DNA from: Laetmonice hystrix
Lineage: Eukaryota
DNA: 64,000 nt
Reading direction: 5' to 3'
Assembly (NCBI GenBank): GCA_965235115.1
Contig: OZ249436.1
Location: 22,632,001-22,696,000, forward strand
The stretch's first letter is position 1. Every line of letters starts with the position of its first letter. Both the position numbers and the translations under genes were made by a program. Of this stretch, positions 50,476 through 63,744 are shown piece after piece. Below the pieces are notes generated by a model that was not told the DNA's origin, ran no database searches, and saw only the letters and a program-made list of their open reading frames with translations.

Positions 50476-50613
50476 ATATGGCATTGCTCCGAGTGCGAGA
50501 TGGGCCTATCTCAGCACTTGTCAGGCTAGTTCAGACCGAGCTTAAAGGCTCGGCCTGAACTGGCCTGACGCGTGCTGAGATAGGCCCATCTCGCACTTGG
50601 AGCAATGCCATAT
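50476..50613. repeat. 138-bp near-perfect palindrome at the end of an insertion (about 49946-50632)
   Basis: atatggcattgctccgagtgcgagatgggcctatctcagcac... and its reverse complement. Confidence 0.75.
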
Positions 50614-50641
50614 GCACATAATTCTATGTACATATGCCATA

Positions 50642-50818
50642 CAGGGGTCCGTTCCACTAACGAAAGACGTCTTTAGCAAAGACGTCTTTGGAAAGACGTC
50701 TTTGCGGGGCCAATGTTAAAGAATAGGAGCTTAGTGGAACACCCGTCGGCGCAAAGACCTCTTTGGGCTCAGCGACCATCTCAAAGACGTCTTTGGGGCT
50801 TAGTGGAACGGACCCCTG
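50642..50818. mobile_element. Harbinger-like MITE
   Basis: caggggtccgttccactaa/ttagtggaacggacccctg ends; internal aaagacgtcttt palindromes. Confidence 0.7.
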
Positions 50819-51399
50819 CGGTCTCTTCTACTCACTGCCCTACACATGTAGTGGCTATGGGCATCTTAGGTATATGGGCTCCGCCCAGTTTTTGAGCTAC
50901 TATCATATTTATGTAAGCCTACTGACTGTGAGTATCTTAGGTATGTGCTCCACCCGGTTGGTTTCATTGTCCTGCTCAGGCACGTACCCAGGATTGTGCT
51001 TAGAGGGGGGTTCCATCAGGACAAGAAGGCTGCCCGGGGGCTACCTGTGTTTTTGCACCAGTCGACCTGGGGACCGGAGGGGGCCGGGGGGGGGGGGTTC
51101 CGGAACCCCTGGAACCCCCCCCCCCCTGGGTAGGCCTACGTGCCTGCTGCTTATAGCCTAATGTACTGTTTATAAGCATATCACCCCGTTCTTAGTACTA
51201 TAGGCCTATATGTGTCCTATTTAAAGTAATGGCCTATTCTCAAATTTTTCCAGTATCATACTGCCTTATCCTAACTGAAGAGAAACATGTAGGCCTAATC
51301 TTACCAGATTTGCCCCCAAAGCGATCTATTTACTCGTAATTATTGCGAAATTTGATGAGCAAACCTGTACACCTCGATCGGTTCTGAAAAACATGGCAC

Positions 51400-51720
51400 A
51401 CGTTTTTCAGTAGGATGTTTACAATCATCCACTCACAGAAACGTGACGTCGTACACACTTTCACTTTGAGCCAAGCACTGTCCCCCAAGATGCATTGCAC
51501 TAGACGAAAGCGAGGCTCGCACCTGCCCTGCTGGTGGCATGTTCCCGGTATGTCCAAACCGTCATACCTCCCGCAGAACACATTTCATCGGCCTTCGACC
51601 AGCTTAAGGCACCGACCCAAAGTACCGTCATTCTTTTTATGGAATACATTTCCAACCAGTGCGGCAGATGGTCAACCTACGACTGGTCTATTTACGGCCG
51701 TGCACGGTGAGTACGCCGGG
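51400..51720 (+). pseudogene. MULE transposase fragment
   Basis: Frameshifted HFHF/SQAL then LPAEHISSAFDQL...MEYISNQ...WSTYDWSIYGR, resembling animal MULE transposases. Confidence 0.5.
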
Positions 51721-52528
51721 CGGTAGCGCCGGGCGGCCAGCCGCGAGGCGAGGCCCAGGCGGCAGAACAGGAGATTACAACCGGTGAAACCCTCTTATGC
51801 TGGATTGTCAACAGCAAAACATATCACCCTCGGAGGCCCACTCGTCCCCCCTCCTGTCTACATAATGTGAATATGACAGAAAGGCCTATCGTTGTATTAT
51901 AAAATATGAGTTAGGTCTGGGCTACTTTGCTGGGTGATCGAAATAGGCTTGCTGAACGATGAGGACGCCATCTTGTTTGGCTGCGTCATCAGACACTGCA
52001 TAGAAAGTCACGTGAGGGAATCCCCTTCCAGTTCAAATCCAATGGTGGTGGAATCATTGCACGTTTTTCTTTCGATTGATTGCGATTTTCGGTTATACTG
52101 CAAGTAGCACGCAGGTATTGTCCCTATTGGACATGGCAAAAATTTGTACACGTCTTTGGTAACATGCAGGAAGTAATATTAGAAAATTTTCCTACATTCC
52201 ACGCTATACTATGACTTTAACCTGGATATGGTCTCTTCAAGCTACTCAAAATATTACGTAATTGGTTTGGTTGTTGACGGGTATTTTTCGAAGTTTACCT
52301 GACCGTGAGGGCGTCTTAGTCCTTGCCAAATGGTACTTTATTGTTCTTGGCCTCTTTCTAGCTCTTGTGATATTTTGTCTCGCTACTTAACTGCTTGTTC
52401 ATTGTGAACATTGTGTGCCCAATCATGTTTACTCTATTATCTGTTAAGGATGAAAACTCAAGTTTACTCTATTGAAATTTCTTACTCACACTGCCACTCT
52501 CTAACACTACTGATCCTTATACCTCCTA

Positions 52529-53445
52529 ATGGATAATCCAGGTTTTAAAATTGCAACGTTAATACGAATGGACTTGCCTCAAAAGAGAAACGCCTATCCA
52601 TTTTTCGTAACCTAAAAGGTAAGCGCTTCGACGTTATTCTCTTAGAAGAAACTCGTACAACTCTCAACTCTGAATCTGTTTGGCAGAACGAATAGGACAA
52701 CGATAAGTTGTACCTGTCCCATCACGCTAGCAACAGCAGTGGTGTGGCTACACTTATTGGCAAAGATTTTGATTGTAAGATTATCAAAAGTACAGCTGAT
52801 GCTAATAGTCGCTTCGTAATTCTTGATCTTGAATATAAGAACACCATCTATACTATCATTAACTTCTAGGCACCTACCAGAGATCATGAAAAATATCAGA
52901 TAGATCCCCTTCGAAAATGTTTGCAACTATTAGCTGAATTTAAAAGTGAAAAAGTCATCTTTGCAGGTGATTTTAATCTCTGCTTGACCCCTAAAATCGA
53001 CAAGGGACCCAATAATCTAGACACAAATAACGACCTACTCTTCAGGAAGGAGGCTATCTTCATGATTCAAGCCTACGATATAATTGATGCTTAGCGTATC
53101 CAAAACTCTCAAATAAGAATGTACAAATGACACAGAGGTGTTAAAATGTCAAGGCTCGATTACATTTTCAAAAACGAACATCTTGATAACTCCGTCACGC
53201 GCGCAGACATTATTCTTGGCCTTAGATCCGATCATAATATTACCTATGTTTCACTCGATAAGTCAATGTGCAGTGATAGGGGGCCTGGTTTGTGGAAATT
53301 TAACTGCAGTTTACTACACGATACTGATTGTTACCTTACTCAAAGAAATTATTGTCAAAAAAGTGAATGAAGTCGCTCGTCTCAGCGACAAAGGACTCAC
53401 CTTGGAGCTGGTCAAAATGGAAATTAGAAGTTTTACCATTACCCC
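52529..53445 (+). pseudogene. ORF2 APE endonuclease (copy B), L1/Tx1 clade
   Basis: MDNPGFKIAT..NGL...DVILLEETR...SGVATLI...IFAGDFN...SRLDYIF...RSDH...RGPGLWKFNCSLL...KMEIRSFTI, with stops and frameshifts; no RT follows. Confidence 0.9.
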
Positions 53446-53549
53446 TTTCCAGTCTGGCACAAGAGGCTCCTAGTGCATATATCTTTCATAATCTCTTTTC
53501 ATAATTGCATTTAAGTCACATGTTTTATTGTGTTCGCTACATTCTGGTA

Positions 53550-55266
53550 CCCAGTTGAGTGACGTACGATGAGTATTTACTAATTGCTGGATTGATTAGT
53601 ACCTGAACCTTCGTCCTCGTATCACGTTGAAAACACGTGGCTTTCTGGTGGAAATGTGATGTCCATCATTTCCGCCAGTTGGGGGAAATTTGGTTTTAGT
53701 ATCACGTTGAAAACACGTGGCTTTCTGGTGGGAAAGGTGATGTCCATCATTTTTGCCAGCTCGTGGAAATTTGGTTTCAGTATCATGTTAAAAACACGTG
53801 GCTTTCTAGTGGAAAAGGTGATGTGCGTCATTTGTGCCATTTGGGGGAAATTTGGTTTCAGTATCACGTTGAAAACACGTGGATATGTACTCGTGGAAAT
53901 GATTGGTGTATTTTCACGTGGAATACACGTGGATAGGCCTATCTGGGCCCAATGGAAAGACAAATTTATATTAAAATATGTAAATAATAACATTTCCCCA
54001 AGGAAAAACTGGCTAGTTCTGTACGACGATTAACTTTGAGAATTGACAATTGACGTTGTGAGAAGCAGAAAGTTTAACAGTACTGGCAACAGGATCATTC
54101 GTAGCCAACTCGTCATCTTTGTGTGTGTGTATACAGGGCTGACGCTAAGGAGGCCCAAAAATCTAGGGAATTTGTTATATTGCAATCTCAAAAGCAAACA
54201 ATATATCAAGAAGTTAGGAACTTTGCGGTGGTGTAAATCTTTACGGCGGTGGTGTAAATCTAAATGAATCTAGATGGTTTTCCGGACGATTTCTTTTTCC
54301 TAGCGAAATACCCCCATTACCTTACGGGGTACTATCACTGAAAGCCCCGAGCGTTAGCGAAGGGGTTTATGGTAAATGTTCTGAATTGACAAATGGAGAA
54401 AAAATACGAGACAAAGTAGAGGATTTTATTGAGAGAAAAATAATCAATCGAGGGGTGCTATCAATGAACCCCCGCGCGTTACCGAGGGGGTTTATTGATA
54501 GCAAGACGAGGAAAAACAGCTAGGATTCCAACCGTGCAAATTACAACCGACAAGCGTGGCCGAATGGGCAGAGACGCAGAGTTCTCATCAGGAGATCCAC
54601 GGTTCGAATCCCACCAGTGCCCGGCATCTTCGCGAAAAAGGCATACGGGCCTCGGAGTCAGTGACTGACCACTCAACTATGGCGGCAATATAATGGCTAA
54701 AAATAGCCGGATATCACACCCACGGTGCGTATGATGTGGAAAGCTGGAGAAATGGAAAACTGGGTGATATGACATGGAAAATGACACTTGTAATGCAAAT
54801 GGACATATCTACATATCATACAGTTTCCCAACCTGTATTCCACGGGTCATATCCACGTGTACTCCACGGGAAATTCACGAATTTTGCCTGGTGGGAAACT
54901 GGTGGTGAATTCACGTGATTTCTGCCACGTGTATGCCACGTGATGAAATCACGTGAATTTAGTTTACACATACCACCAGTTTGCCACGTGATTGCCACGT
55001 GGCAAAACCACGTGGATTACACGTGATTTCTGCCACGTGTATGCCACGTGATGAAATCACGTGAATTTAGTTTACACATACCACCAGTTTGCTACGTGAT
55101 TGCCACGTGGCAAAACCACGTGGATTACACGTGATTTCTGCCACGTGTATGCCACGTGATGAAATCACGTGAATTTAGTTTACACATACCACCAGTTTGC
55201 CACGTGATTGCCACGTGGCAAAACCACGTGGATTACACGTGATTGCCACGTGCTGTGCCCGCTGGG
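53550..55266. mobile_element. Possible EnSpm/CMC-like element with CACGTG-rich tandem repeats
   Basis: TA|CCCAG...CTGGG|TA ends; roughly 80-bp repeats at 53620-53885 and 110-bp repeats at 54910-55250. Confidence 0.5.
54550..54622 (+). pseudogene. tRNA-derived sequence (SINE head or tRNA pseudogene)
   Basis: A box TGGCCGAATGG and B box GGTTCGAATCC at tRNA-like spacing, but the stems do not pair well. Confidence 0.55.
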
Positions 55267-55540
55267 TAGCAACTTGAAATAGAGTCTGTTGGAATCCCAA
55301 TTGCTCTACCATTTGCGATATTGTACCAGAACCGAAGAAGAATAGTAAACCATCGTCAACACAGCAACCAACTAGTTATCGTTACGAACGTTTTGGAAGA
55401 CCAACAGACATAACGGTGACAGTTACCCGCACATGTCACCTGAGCTCTCTGACCATCTGATTCGCCATCCTCCACCGACCACCTTGACCCAACACAACAC
55501 AACACAGCATCTGCCTCGTAATAATCGTACGACAGCTGTG

Positions 55541-55995
55541 CTCACACTACACGATTTGCGGTGATTTCTTACGATAACTTCCTACGACACGATAAGATAA
55601 AGTGTTGGCGGGATGTTTCTGGTCATTTGACCTGGAAAATGAGGTGCGCGCGCAGAGAGTTTATGTGCGATACGACAAGAAAACCACCGATTTCCTACAA
55701 TGGGGCAGCGATTCTCTGATTTTTGACGACACGATTTTTTGTGTACGACAGGACAAGATGGGTGTTTTCACACATAACGATTTCGTACGACACGACAAGA
55801 AAAACTGTTGTGTGAGAAAGAATTTTCAACATGTTGAAAACCCCACAACACGTCAAAACGGATTCGTGTCATGTAGAATCGTGTCGGCCAACCTCTCAGA
55901 CTTTACGATAACCACTGAGAACACACGAAAATTTACTTTGTCTTGTCGTATCTCACATATTCTTGTCGTATCGTAAGAAAATCGTGTAGTGTGAG
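55541..55995. mobile_element. MITE with ctcacactacacgattt inverted ends
   Basis: 17-bp inverted repeat at 55541-55557 and 55979-55995; acgac-rich interior. Confidence 0.55.
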
Positions 55996-56449
55996 GCAGG
56001 CTTTATTTGCACGATTATTAAACATTATTATGTACCCAAGGCCGAATGTAAACCGTTTGAACTCTCGAATACTAACACATGGTCCAAAATATTTTAATGT
56101 ACTTAATAGAAAAAAAATTGATAAGCAAAATAAGCAAATAGCTTCATTTCCCTAATTAAATATACTACAAATGATGTGGACTAATAAAATGATTGATTGA
56201 TTGATTGATTGTTGTGTCGGGGTCCCCGCACATGTCACCTGAGCACCCTGACCATCTGCTTTGCCATGCTCCACCGACCACCTTGACAACAGCATTTGCT
56301 TCGCCATCCTCCGCCGACCACCTTGACAACAGCATCTGCCTCGCCATCCTCTGCAACAGGTTTTTGGATCTTATGTAGGATAAGGGCTTAATAAAATATT
56401 GGCGCCATTAACATAAAATGGCGCCAGCGATTGTGTAGGTAATTCCTAT

Positions 56450-57537
56450 TATTATCGTCAGATGGCGACTTGGGTTTTGTAGGTAGTTCATGTCATTATC
56501 GTCAGATGGCGACAGGGTTTGTCTAGGTAGTTCCTATGGTTATCGTCAGATGGCGCCAGGGTTTGTGTAGGTAGTTCCTATAACTATCGTCAGATGGCGC
56601 CAGGGTTTGTGTAGGTAGTTCCTATCACTATCGTCAGATGGCGCCAGGGTTTGTCTAGGTAGTTTCTATGACTATCGTCAGGTGGCGCCAGGGTTTGTGT
56701 AGGTAGTTCCTATAACTACCGTCAGATGGCGTCAGGGTTTGTCTAGGTAGTTCCTATGATTATCGTCAGATGGCGCCAGGGTTTGTCTAGGTAGTTCCTA
56801 TGATTATCGTCAGATGGCGCCACGGTTTGTGTAGGTAGTTCCTATGATTATGGTCAGATGGTGCCAGGGTTTGTCTAGGTAGTTCGAACTCTATTATTAT
56901 GGTCAGATGGCGTGAGGGTTTGTGTAGGTAGTTCCTATGATTATCGTCAGATGGCGCCAGGGTTTGTGTAGGTAGTTCCTATGATTATCGTCAGATGGCG
57001 CCAGGGTTTGTGTAGGTAGGTCCTATGATTATTGTCAGATGGCGCCAGGGTTTGTGTAGGTAGGTCCTATGATTATCGTCAGATGGCGCCATGGTTTGTC
57101 TAGGTAGTTCCTATGATTATCGTCAGATGGCGCCACGGTTTGTGTAGGTAGTTCATATAACTATCGTCAGATGGCGCCAGGGTTTGTCTAGGTAGTTCCT
57201 ATGATTATCGTCAGATGGCGCCAGGGTTTGTCTAGGTAGTTCCTATGATTATCGTCAGATGGCACCAGGGTTTGTGTAGGTCGTTCCTATGATTATCGTC
57301 AGATGGCGCCAGGGTTTGTGTAGGTAGTTCCTATGACTATCGTCAGGTGGCGCCAGGGTTTGTGTCGCTAGGTCCTAGGATTATCGTCAGATGGCACCAG
57401 GGTTTGTGTAGTTAGTTCCTATGATTATCGTCAGATGGCGCCAGGGTTTTATCGTAGGTAGTTATCGTCAGATGGCGTTAGGGTTCTGTAGATAGTTCCT
57501 ATCATTATCGTAGCTAGTTATCGTCAGATGGCGCCAG
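56450..57537. repeat. 44-bp satellite (ttatcgtcagatggcgccagggtttgtgtaggtagttcctatga), about 25 copies
   Basis: Directly visible tandem array with degenerate edges. Confidence 0.95.
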
Positions 57538-57546
57538 ACTACCCTG

Positions 57547-58985
57547 GGGTGAGTTCCTGAACCCCTTGTCGTGCGTTAAGCTTGTCGTTAACAGTCAACT
57601 AATGACAAAGGTGTTCCACATCCCGTGTCGTGCGTTAAAATTTGTACGACAATGTCGTAGAACAGAGGAGAAATAAAGACATCTCCGACCCTGTCGTAAA
57701 CGACTCAAAAAATTGTCAATCCATTTATCTGGCATGTAAATACTTATGTTTTCGGCTCCATATGGCCTCTTTTAAGAATTGCATGGGCAAAAATCTCTAA
57801 AAAGCACCAAATACCAAGTAGGATGGCTGATTCCGATCGAGCATCTCACTGACAGTCGACGGACGGTCGAGGATAGATGCCGCAATCTAACGTTAGAGGG
57901 CGTCACAATCGTCGGCGCCAAGGCACCTCCACAACACAAAACGAAGCAAAAACACTTTTAGGTCCCCACATGATGTGTTTCAAACGCGATAAGGAGTATT
58001 TATTATATACTTGTCAAAAAATTCAGCGTTTGCCTATAAGCAGTAAACGTAAACAACAGCTCCATCCGGTTTACGCTCATGGTGCCGCGACGTTGTATTG
58101 AACAATGATCTCCGCTGAGAGATTTGTGACGTTAGCAACAACGATATGCAAGCGCACGACAAGCCAACGCACGACAAGGGATGAGGAACGGGTATCGTAG
58201 ACATTGTCGTTAATTTCTAACTTTACGACAAGCCAGCAGTTAACGCACGACAAGGGGTTCAGGAACTCACCCCTGGGGTGAGTTCCTGAACCCCTTGTCG
58301 TGTGTTAACTGCTGGCTTGTCGTAAAGTTGGAAATTAATGACAATGTCTACGATACCCGTTCCTCATCCCTTGTCGTGCGTTGCATATCGTTGTTGCTAA
58401 CGTCACAAATCTCTCAGCGGAGATCATTGTTCAATACAACGTCGCGGCACCGTGAGCGTAAACCGGATGAAGCTGTTGTTTACGTTTACTGCTTATACGC
58501 AAACGCTGAATTTTTTGACAAGTATATAATAAATACTCCTAATCGCGTTTGAAACACATCATGTGGGGACCTAAAAGTGTTTTTGCTTCGTTTTGTGTTG
58601 TGGAGGTGCCTTGGCGCCGACGATTGTGACGCCCTCTAACGTTAGATTGCGGCATCTATCCTCGACCGTCCGTCGACTGTCAGTGAGATGCTCGATCGGA
58701 ATCAGCCATCCTACTTGGTATTTGGTGCTTTTTAGAGATTTTTGCCCATGCAATTCTTAAAAGAGGCCATATGGAGCCGAAAACATAAGTATTTACATGC
58801 CAGATAAATGGATTGACAATTTTTTGAGTCGTTTACGACAGGGTCGGAGATGTCTTTATTTCTCCTCTGTTCTACGACATTGTCGTACAAATTTTAACGC
58901 ACGACACGGGATGTGGAACACCTTTGTCATTAGTTGACTGTTAACGACAAGCTTAACGCACGACAAGGGGTTCAGGAACTCACCC
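57547..58985. mobile_element. Two PIF/Harbinger MITEs (57547-58272, 58276-58985) in opposite orientation forming a 1.44-kb palindrome
   Basis: TIR GGGTGAGTTCCTGAACCCCTTGTCGTG; CTG at the left flank, junction and right flank. Confidence 0.9.
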
Positions 58986-59392
58986 CTGCTCTGGCTGGGG
59001 TTGGCAGAGATCATCTTCCTGGCCATCCTCCACTATAGCCTATAGTATAGGCCTAGGTAGATCTACTTCCGCGGTTCAACATAGCGGCTGCAGATGATTT
59101 CTCCGAAGATTAGATGTTTGTGTGGCATCATTATTCTGACAGTCTGCGCCTCAGCAAATAGAGCAGCCACGAGAATCGAGAATGCAGCCACGATTCGAGC
59201 TCCGCAATGTTCGGCTGTACCAGTCGGGGATTTCTAGATCAGGTCAGGGGTCACTCGAACGGCAGTACCCAGCCCTTATATAGTGTCTCCTCCATCTTTT
59301 TCCCCACTTTCATCTTTATTAGTTTTTTCCGTTGTGTCTTTCCCATAGTTTGGGATAACTGTTATAATGCTGTTATATAAAACTTACGTTAA

Positions 59393-59755
59393 GGCCCAAA
59401 AGAAATTCCCGGTTTCTGGTCCGAAGAAAATTTCAAAAGTGGTGCGGTGACGCGGGTTTTTTTAAAGATTTTTTTTTTGTGTGAAAATTTAATGTAAAAT
59501 GTAAAATGAACTCATAGATAAGGACCATGGCCTTTGCTGTCATCGCTTTGAATACAAACACTCTTCCGTTGCAGTAGCCTACGTGTTAATGAAATGTCCA
59601 TTACAACAATGGTTAGTTTTAAGCCTTACCGCTAGGTGGCAGCAAAATTCACAGTCATCCAAGGTGAGGCCAAGAAAAAAGGCACTGATGCGTGACATCT
59701 GAAGTGACGCGCGCGCAGACCAGAAACCGGGAATTTTTTTTTTTTTCTTTTGCCT
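59393..59755. mobile_element. MITE
   Basis: aattcccggtttctggtc ... gaccagaaaccgggaatt inverted ends with TAA flanks. Confidence 0.55.
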
Positions 59756-61326
59756 AAGAATGCGTAAGAGCTTATTTGTACGCGGGGGTGAAAACACTTG
59801 ACGGCAGTGAAAAAGTAATATTACTTTTTCCGTGCAATATTAGATTTTATCTGTGATTACGTGACAGGGAACTGACCAATCAGATGTCTTTGTTAAGTAG
59901 TTTGAACAATGCAATGGCACTGGCTGATAGAATGCGCATAATTATAATAAACATTTTTATGGGACAGCCTATATGGATGTTATCGTCCTTTTTTCGGCAG
60001 AGACTTGGTGGAGACTTGTTTCCGTACTACGTCACATCCAGCGCCGTGCTTCGCTTATTTGTAAACAATTCAGCAGTTGTATTATCTATGCCTACTCGAT
60101 CGTTCGGAATCGGCAGAGAAGCGGGCAAGGAAAGAAAGATACAGAAGTTGGAAAAGACAGCAAGTCAATCTCGGAAACCAAGGCAAGGGGGTCGTTGGCC
60201 TGGACATTTCGAGCGGCGGCACCTCGAGTGGGCACTACCTCGAGTCGAGCGAGCATAGCGCGCTTCGAGCGAGCCTGTGGGGGAAGGGGGGGCACGCGGG
60301 ACACACTCGATAGGTCCCGGAGCCGCCATTGTTTCCCGACTCCTTCCACCACGATCGAGTGTCAGACAACTTCCTGACTGATAAAACTAAACGTACACGC
60401 GAAATGTTCGACGTTATATACTCGCCATGTCCATGTCCCGTTCGTCAGCCCTGTGAAGCGCTTCAAAACAAACCGTCTGAGCATGCGCGAGGGTTCTGCT
60501 TGTCACGTGTGTCAACAAAAGCCACGTGCCAACGATGGAAGGAGCCGGGTTTTTTCAGATGGCCAGCAAGTGAGCTCCAAAGACTTTGATTTCTCACGCA
60601 AAATTGAACTGATAAGTCTGTCTTTGTTTACCAAGCAAAACATTAAAAGTTCTTTGAAATGCCAATTTTTCACGTTTCCTCATAATATGCCCCTTAAAGA
60701 TAGGCCTCATCGGTTCTAATTATAATTGTGCTCCAATGCTGAGAGCATGTACTATTTTTGTGGCAAGTTTCAATATTTTATTTAATTGCGTTTTCATGTG
60801 ACAATGCATTTTCTACCCGTAACCAAGCAAAAGTGACAGAGCCTCGACTGAAACTCCACCTGGTGGATGTCATGGTCCATGGTCCATGACGTCACAACGA
60901 GAAGTCGCCCACTGAACTGTCACAGACCTGCGTCCATTATAAGCCTATCGCCTAGCACACAGCGAGTCGAGAAAGTGATAAGTATAGTGAGTTAGGTTCC
61001 GTTTTAAGTGAGGAGACGGATGTCCTCAACTAAAAATTGATGAATGTTGACTTCAATTGGAAATATGTAGGCCTACAGAGGCTACGGCAGGCTGCAGCCT
61101 GAATTTTGATCGGTGTGGGAGTGCAGCACTGACACACGCAATGCCAATGGCAATCAATGACTGAGACAGTCAGATTGAGTGACACTGCCACTGGGGCAGT
61201 GCGCGGGCCGAGGCTAGAGCTCCCCTTGCTTATAGTTATACTGGTTATTATCATTATACGGAAGCCATGTAGCCTCTCATCTATAAGGTCAGTGCATGAA
61301 ACCAGTCAAAAATTGAACTGGCCCTG

Positions 61327-63506
61327 GGGGCCGTTGCATAAAATCCCACTAGTTATGCCATAGCGAAGTTAGCGGGGTCGCGTTTAGTGGGTCCCGTTAA
61401 GTTAGTGTGAAAAAGCGTTGCACAACAACACCTAACGGGATCCCACTAAACGCCAAACCCGTTAAATTCATTCCCCGTTAATCATGTTTTGGGCCCCCGC
61501 ACTATAGTGGGAACCCGTTAATAATTCCCGTAAATAAATGCGCGTGACACAACTGGAGTGAGACACCGAAGAAGAAGCCGAACACACGTATTATCGCTCC
61601 CCGCAGTGTCGTCTGCAAGGTAAGACAAATCATGGTGTTTCCTAGTAATCTTATACCTTTCGCGAAATCCATTGCCTGGGGAACTACTCACAAGTGTTGT
61701 ACATAACAAACGTTGGAAACGGAACGCCCAATGCGTATAAGCCTACATGTCACGCGAACAAACATGTTATTTTGAAAATGCCATTGCGCATGGGAGTGTT
61801 TACAAACAGTGCATAATGGCCGAGTGCAAGTGCACTGAGTGAACGACTGGTTGACAATGCCACGCCTCGCAAATGACCAGTGGGCGTCAAATAACTGGAT
61901 CGAAAAGTAAGATCAGGGGCGCCGAGAATTTTAAGGGGGGGGGGCGAGAATATATTTTGCCCCCCCATGTGAAATTGTCCCACACTATAATAAATCTAAT
62001 CTTAGGCTCATACCAGGCTTTAGAGTTGAAATGAACAGAATTAGAACTTTGTGTTCTGAAAATTTTAGTTTGTATCCATAGATCTACTTTTATCATGTTG
62101 AACCCCCAAAGCTCTGTCCTGAATTTTTTATCAACTCTGTTACAACTTACTGCCGCTATCCTCGAGCTATTGCTGTATATAAGAGGTAATTAAGGAACCA
62201 ATCAAATGATTTGTTTTCTGAGATGAACTTAAAGGTGCATGGTTCACCTTCCGTCTTAAAGAATCTTTCAACATATCTATATTTTAAACAAAAGTGGAGA
62301 AACAAATTATAGCTTTATTCATCCATCAGCTCCGTTACATCTATAAAAGCAGAAGTAACCATAGAAACTGATCAACACAAATGGCATAAGAGATCACATA
62401 GAATGTTTTTGAACCACATTTGTTTCAATTTCATTGATACCAATGATACCAAAATCATCTCCGTTACATAGTCACCTCCATGACAGAACATTTTCTTGTG
62501 AGTATTTTGGACGTGCTCCCATATAATTAGCCGTAAGTAAAGAGTAAGAATAGTCGAAATTAATATTAAGCAACACAAAGTCAATGTGTCAAATCCATAA
62601 AAATCAATTTATTGGTATTTGCTTATTTGCAGTTGGAAAAAAGTTACAAAAACGTATAAAAGTGCGCTGCTCGTTTCTGTTTTGGAGTCATGACATATCT
62701 AGTTTTATGATAAAAAAAAGACTGCAAGATGTAAACATTTTTCCATGTCTGCAAATTGCAATTTGCTCCCAAGTTGGAGAATCGCCCATATACGCCGCTC
62801 AGAAAACCCCGCGTTCAGTGTATTTTAGATTGACGCCCGCGCCCTGTGTGTTTCGCCCTTTAGACATGTGGAAATGTATCTATAGAGCCTACTGTTTTTA
62901 TCAACGATATGTTTTCTCTTTGCGGATTTCAGAGTCAGGCACACATTTTCCGGGGCGTTGTCACAGGTGAACTCACATGGAGGACACGGCTGCAATACTA
63001 CAATTCGCACAATGGTCCATCCGTACCCACTACACAATACACGGACGCCAATATGCGATATGTTTACTAATGGTCAATAAATGATTGTTTATTACTTACG
63101 GAGATATTTCATACTTAGATCTATGTTTTATCTTACCCCGAGTCACCCAATATAACCCTAGCGCCGCCACTGATATCCCGAATTAAATGGTTAGATCAAT
63201 ATACATATTACGACGCCCCAATGATTACGATGACCTCATGCAGATACCAAAAAAAACATGTCAGCATTTTGCGGGATTCCCGGTAGTGTTAACCTGCACC
63301 TCCCGAGGTACAGGTTAAAAACATCCCAAAATAGCCCGCGTCGAGTGGCTAACGTGTGACGGTTCCCGCTAGACTGTGCGCTTTGCAACACTAGGTCCTG
63401 CGCGACAATTTCCACTAAGGGCTATGCAACACTTTGGCCCGCTAGGGTACCCGTTAGACACTTAACGGGAACCCGTACACATAGCGGCTTTTTATGCAAC
63501 GGCCCC
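61327..63506. mobile_element. Harbinger-like non-autonomous element (about 2.2 kb)
   Basis: GGGGCCGTTGCATAAAA...TTTTATGCAACGGCCCC with CTG/CAG flanks; no convincing internal coding relic seen. Confidence 0.7.
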
Positions 63507-63744
63507 CAGGTGGCCCTAAGCTTTGCCCCGGCGATGTTTTCCGATTCGAAACCCCACAAAACAAAAAGTCAAAAGTAAAAGCACTCCTAAACACGGCAGC
63601 CTAGGCCTATGTATCGGATTAAAACTCCACAGTAGTGAACAAATACCCCTGCTTAATAATAGAATATATAGGCTAATAAATTTTACTCGAATTCTATAGG
63701 CTTTCCTGAACCAGGCCGAGTGAGAGCCACCCGATGCACGGCCT

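Larger units (their letters stand above)
42054..53445 (+). mobile_element. L1/Tx1-type non-LTR retrotransposon fragment, copy B, expanded by nested insertions
   Basis: ORF1 42299-42491 + 47507-48324 (NADAR from about 47860), spacer pieces between 48325 and 52528, endonuclease 52529-53445; reverse complement of copy A. Confidence 0.8.

Noticed and set aside
56450..57537. CRISPR-like regular repeats (also 4245-4699, 6224-6810)
   Set aside because: No unique spacers, no cas genes, eukaryotic context; these are plain tandem repeats.
57779..58753. Identical 60-aa ORF on both strands
   Set aside because: A consequence of the inverted MITE pair; non-ATG start and no domain.
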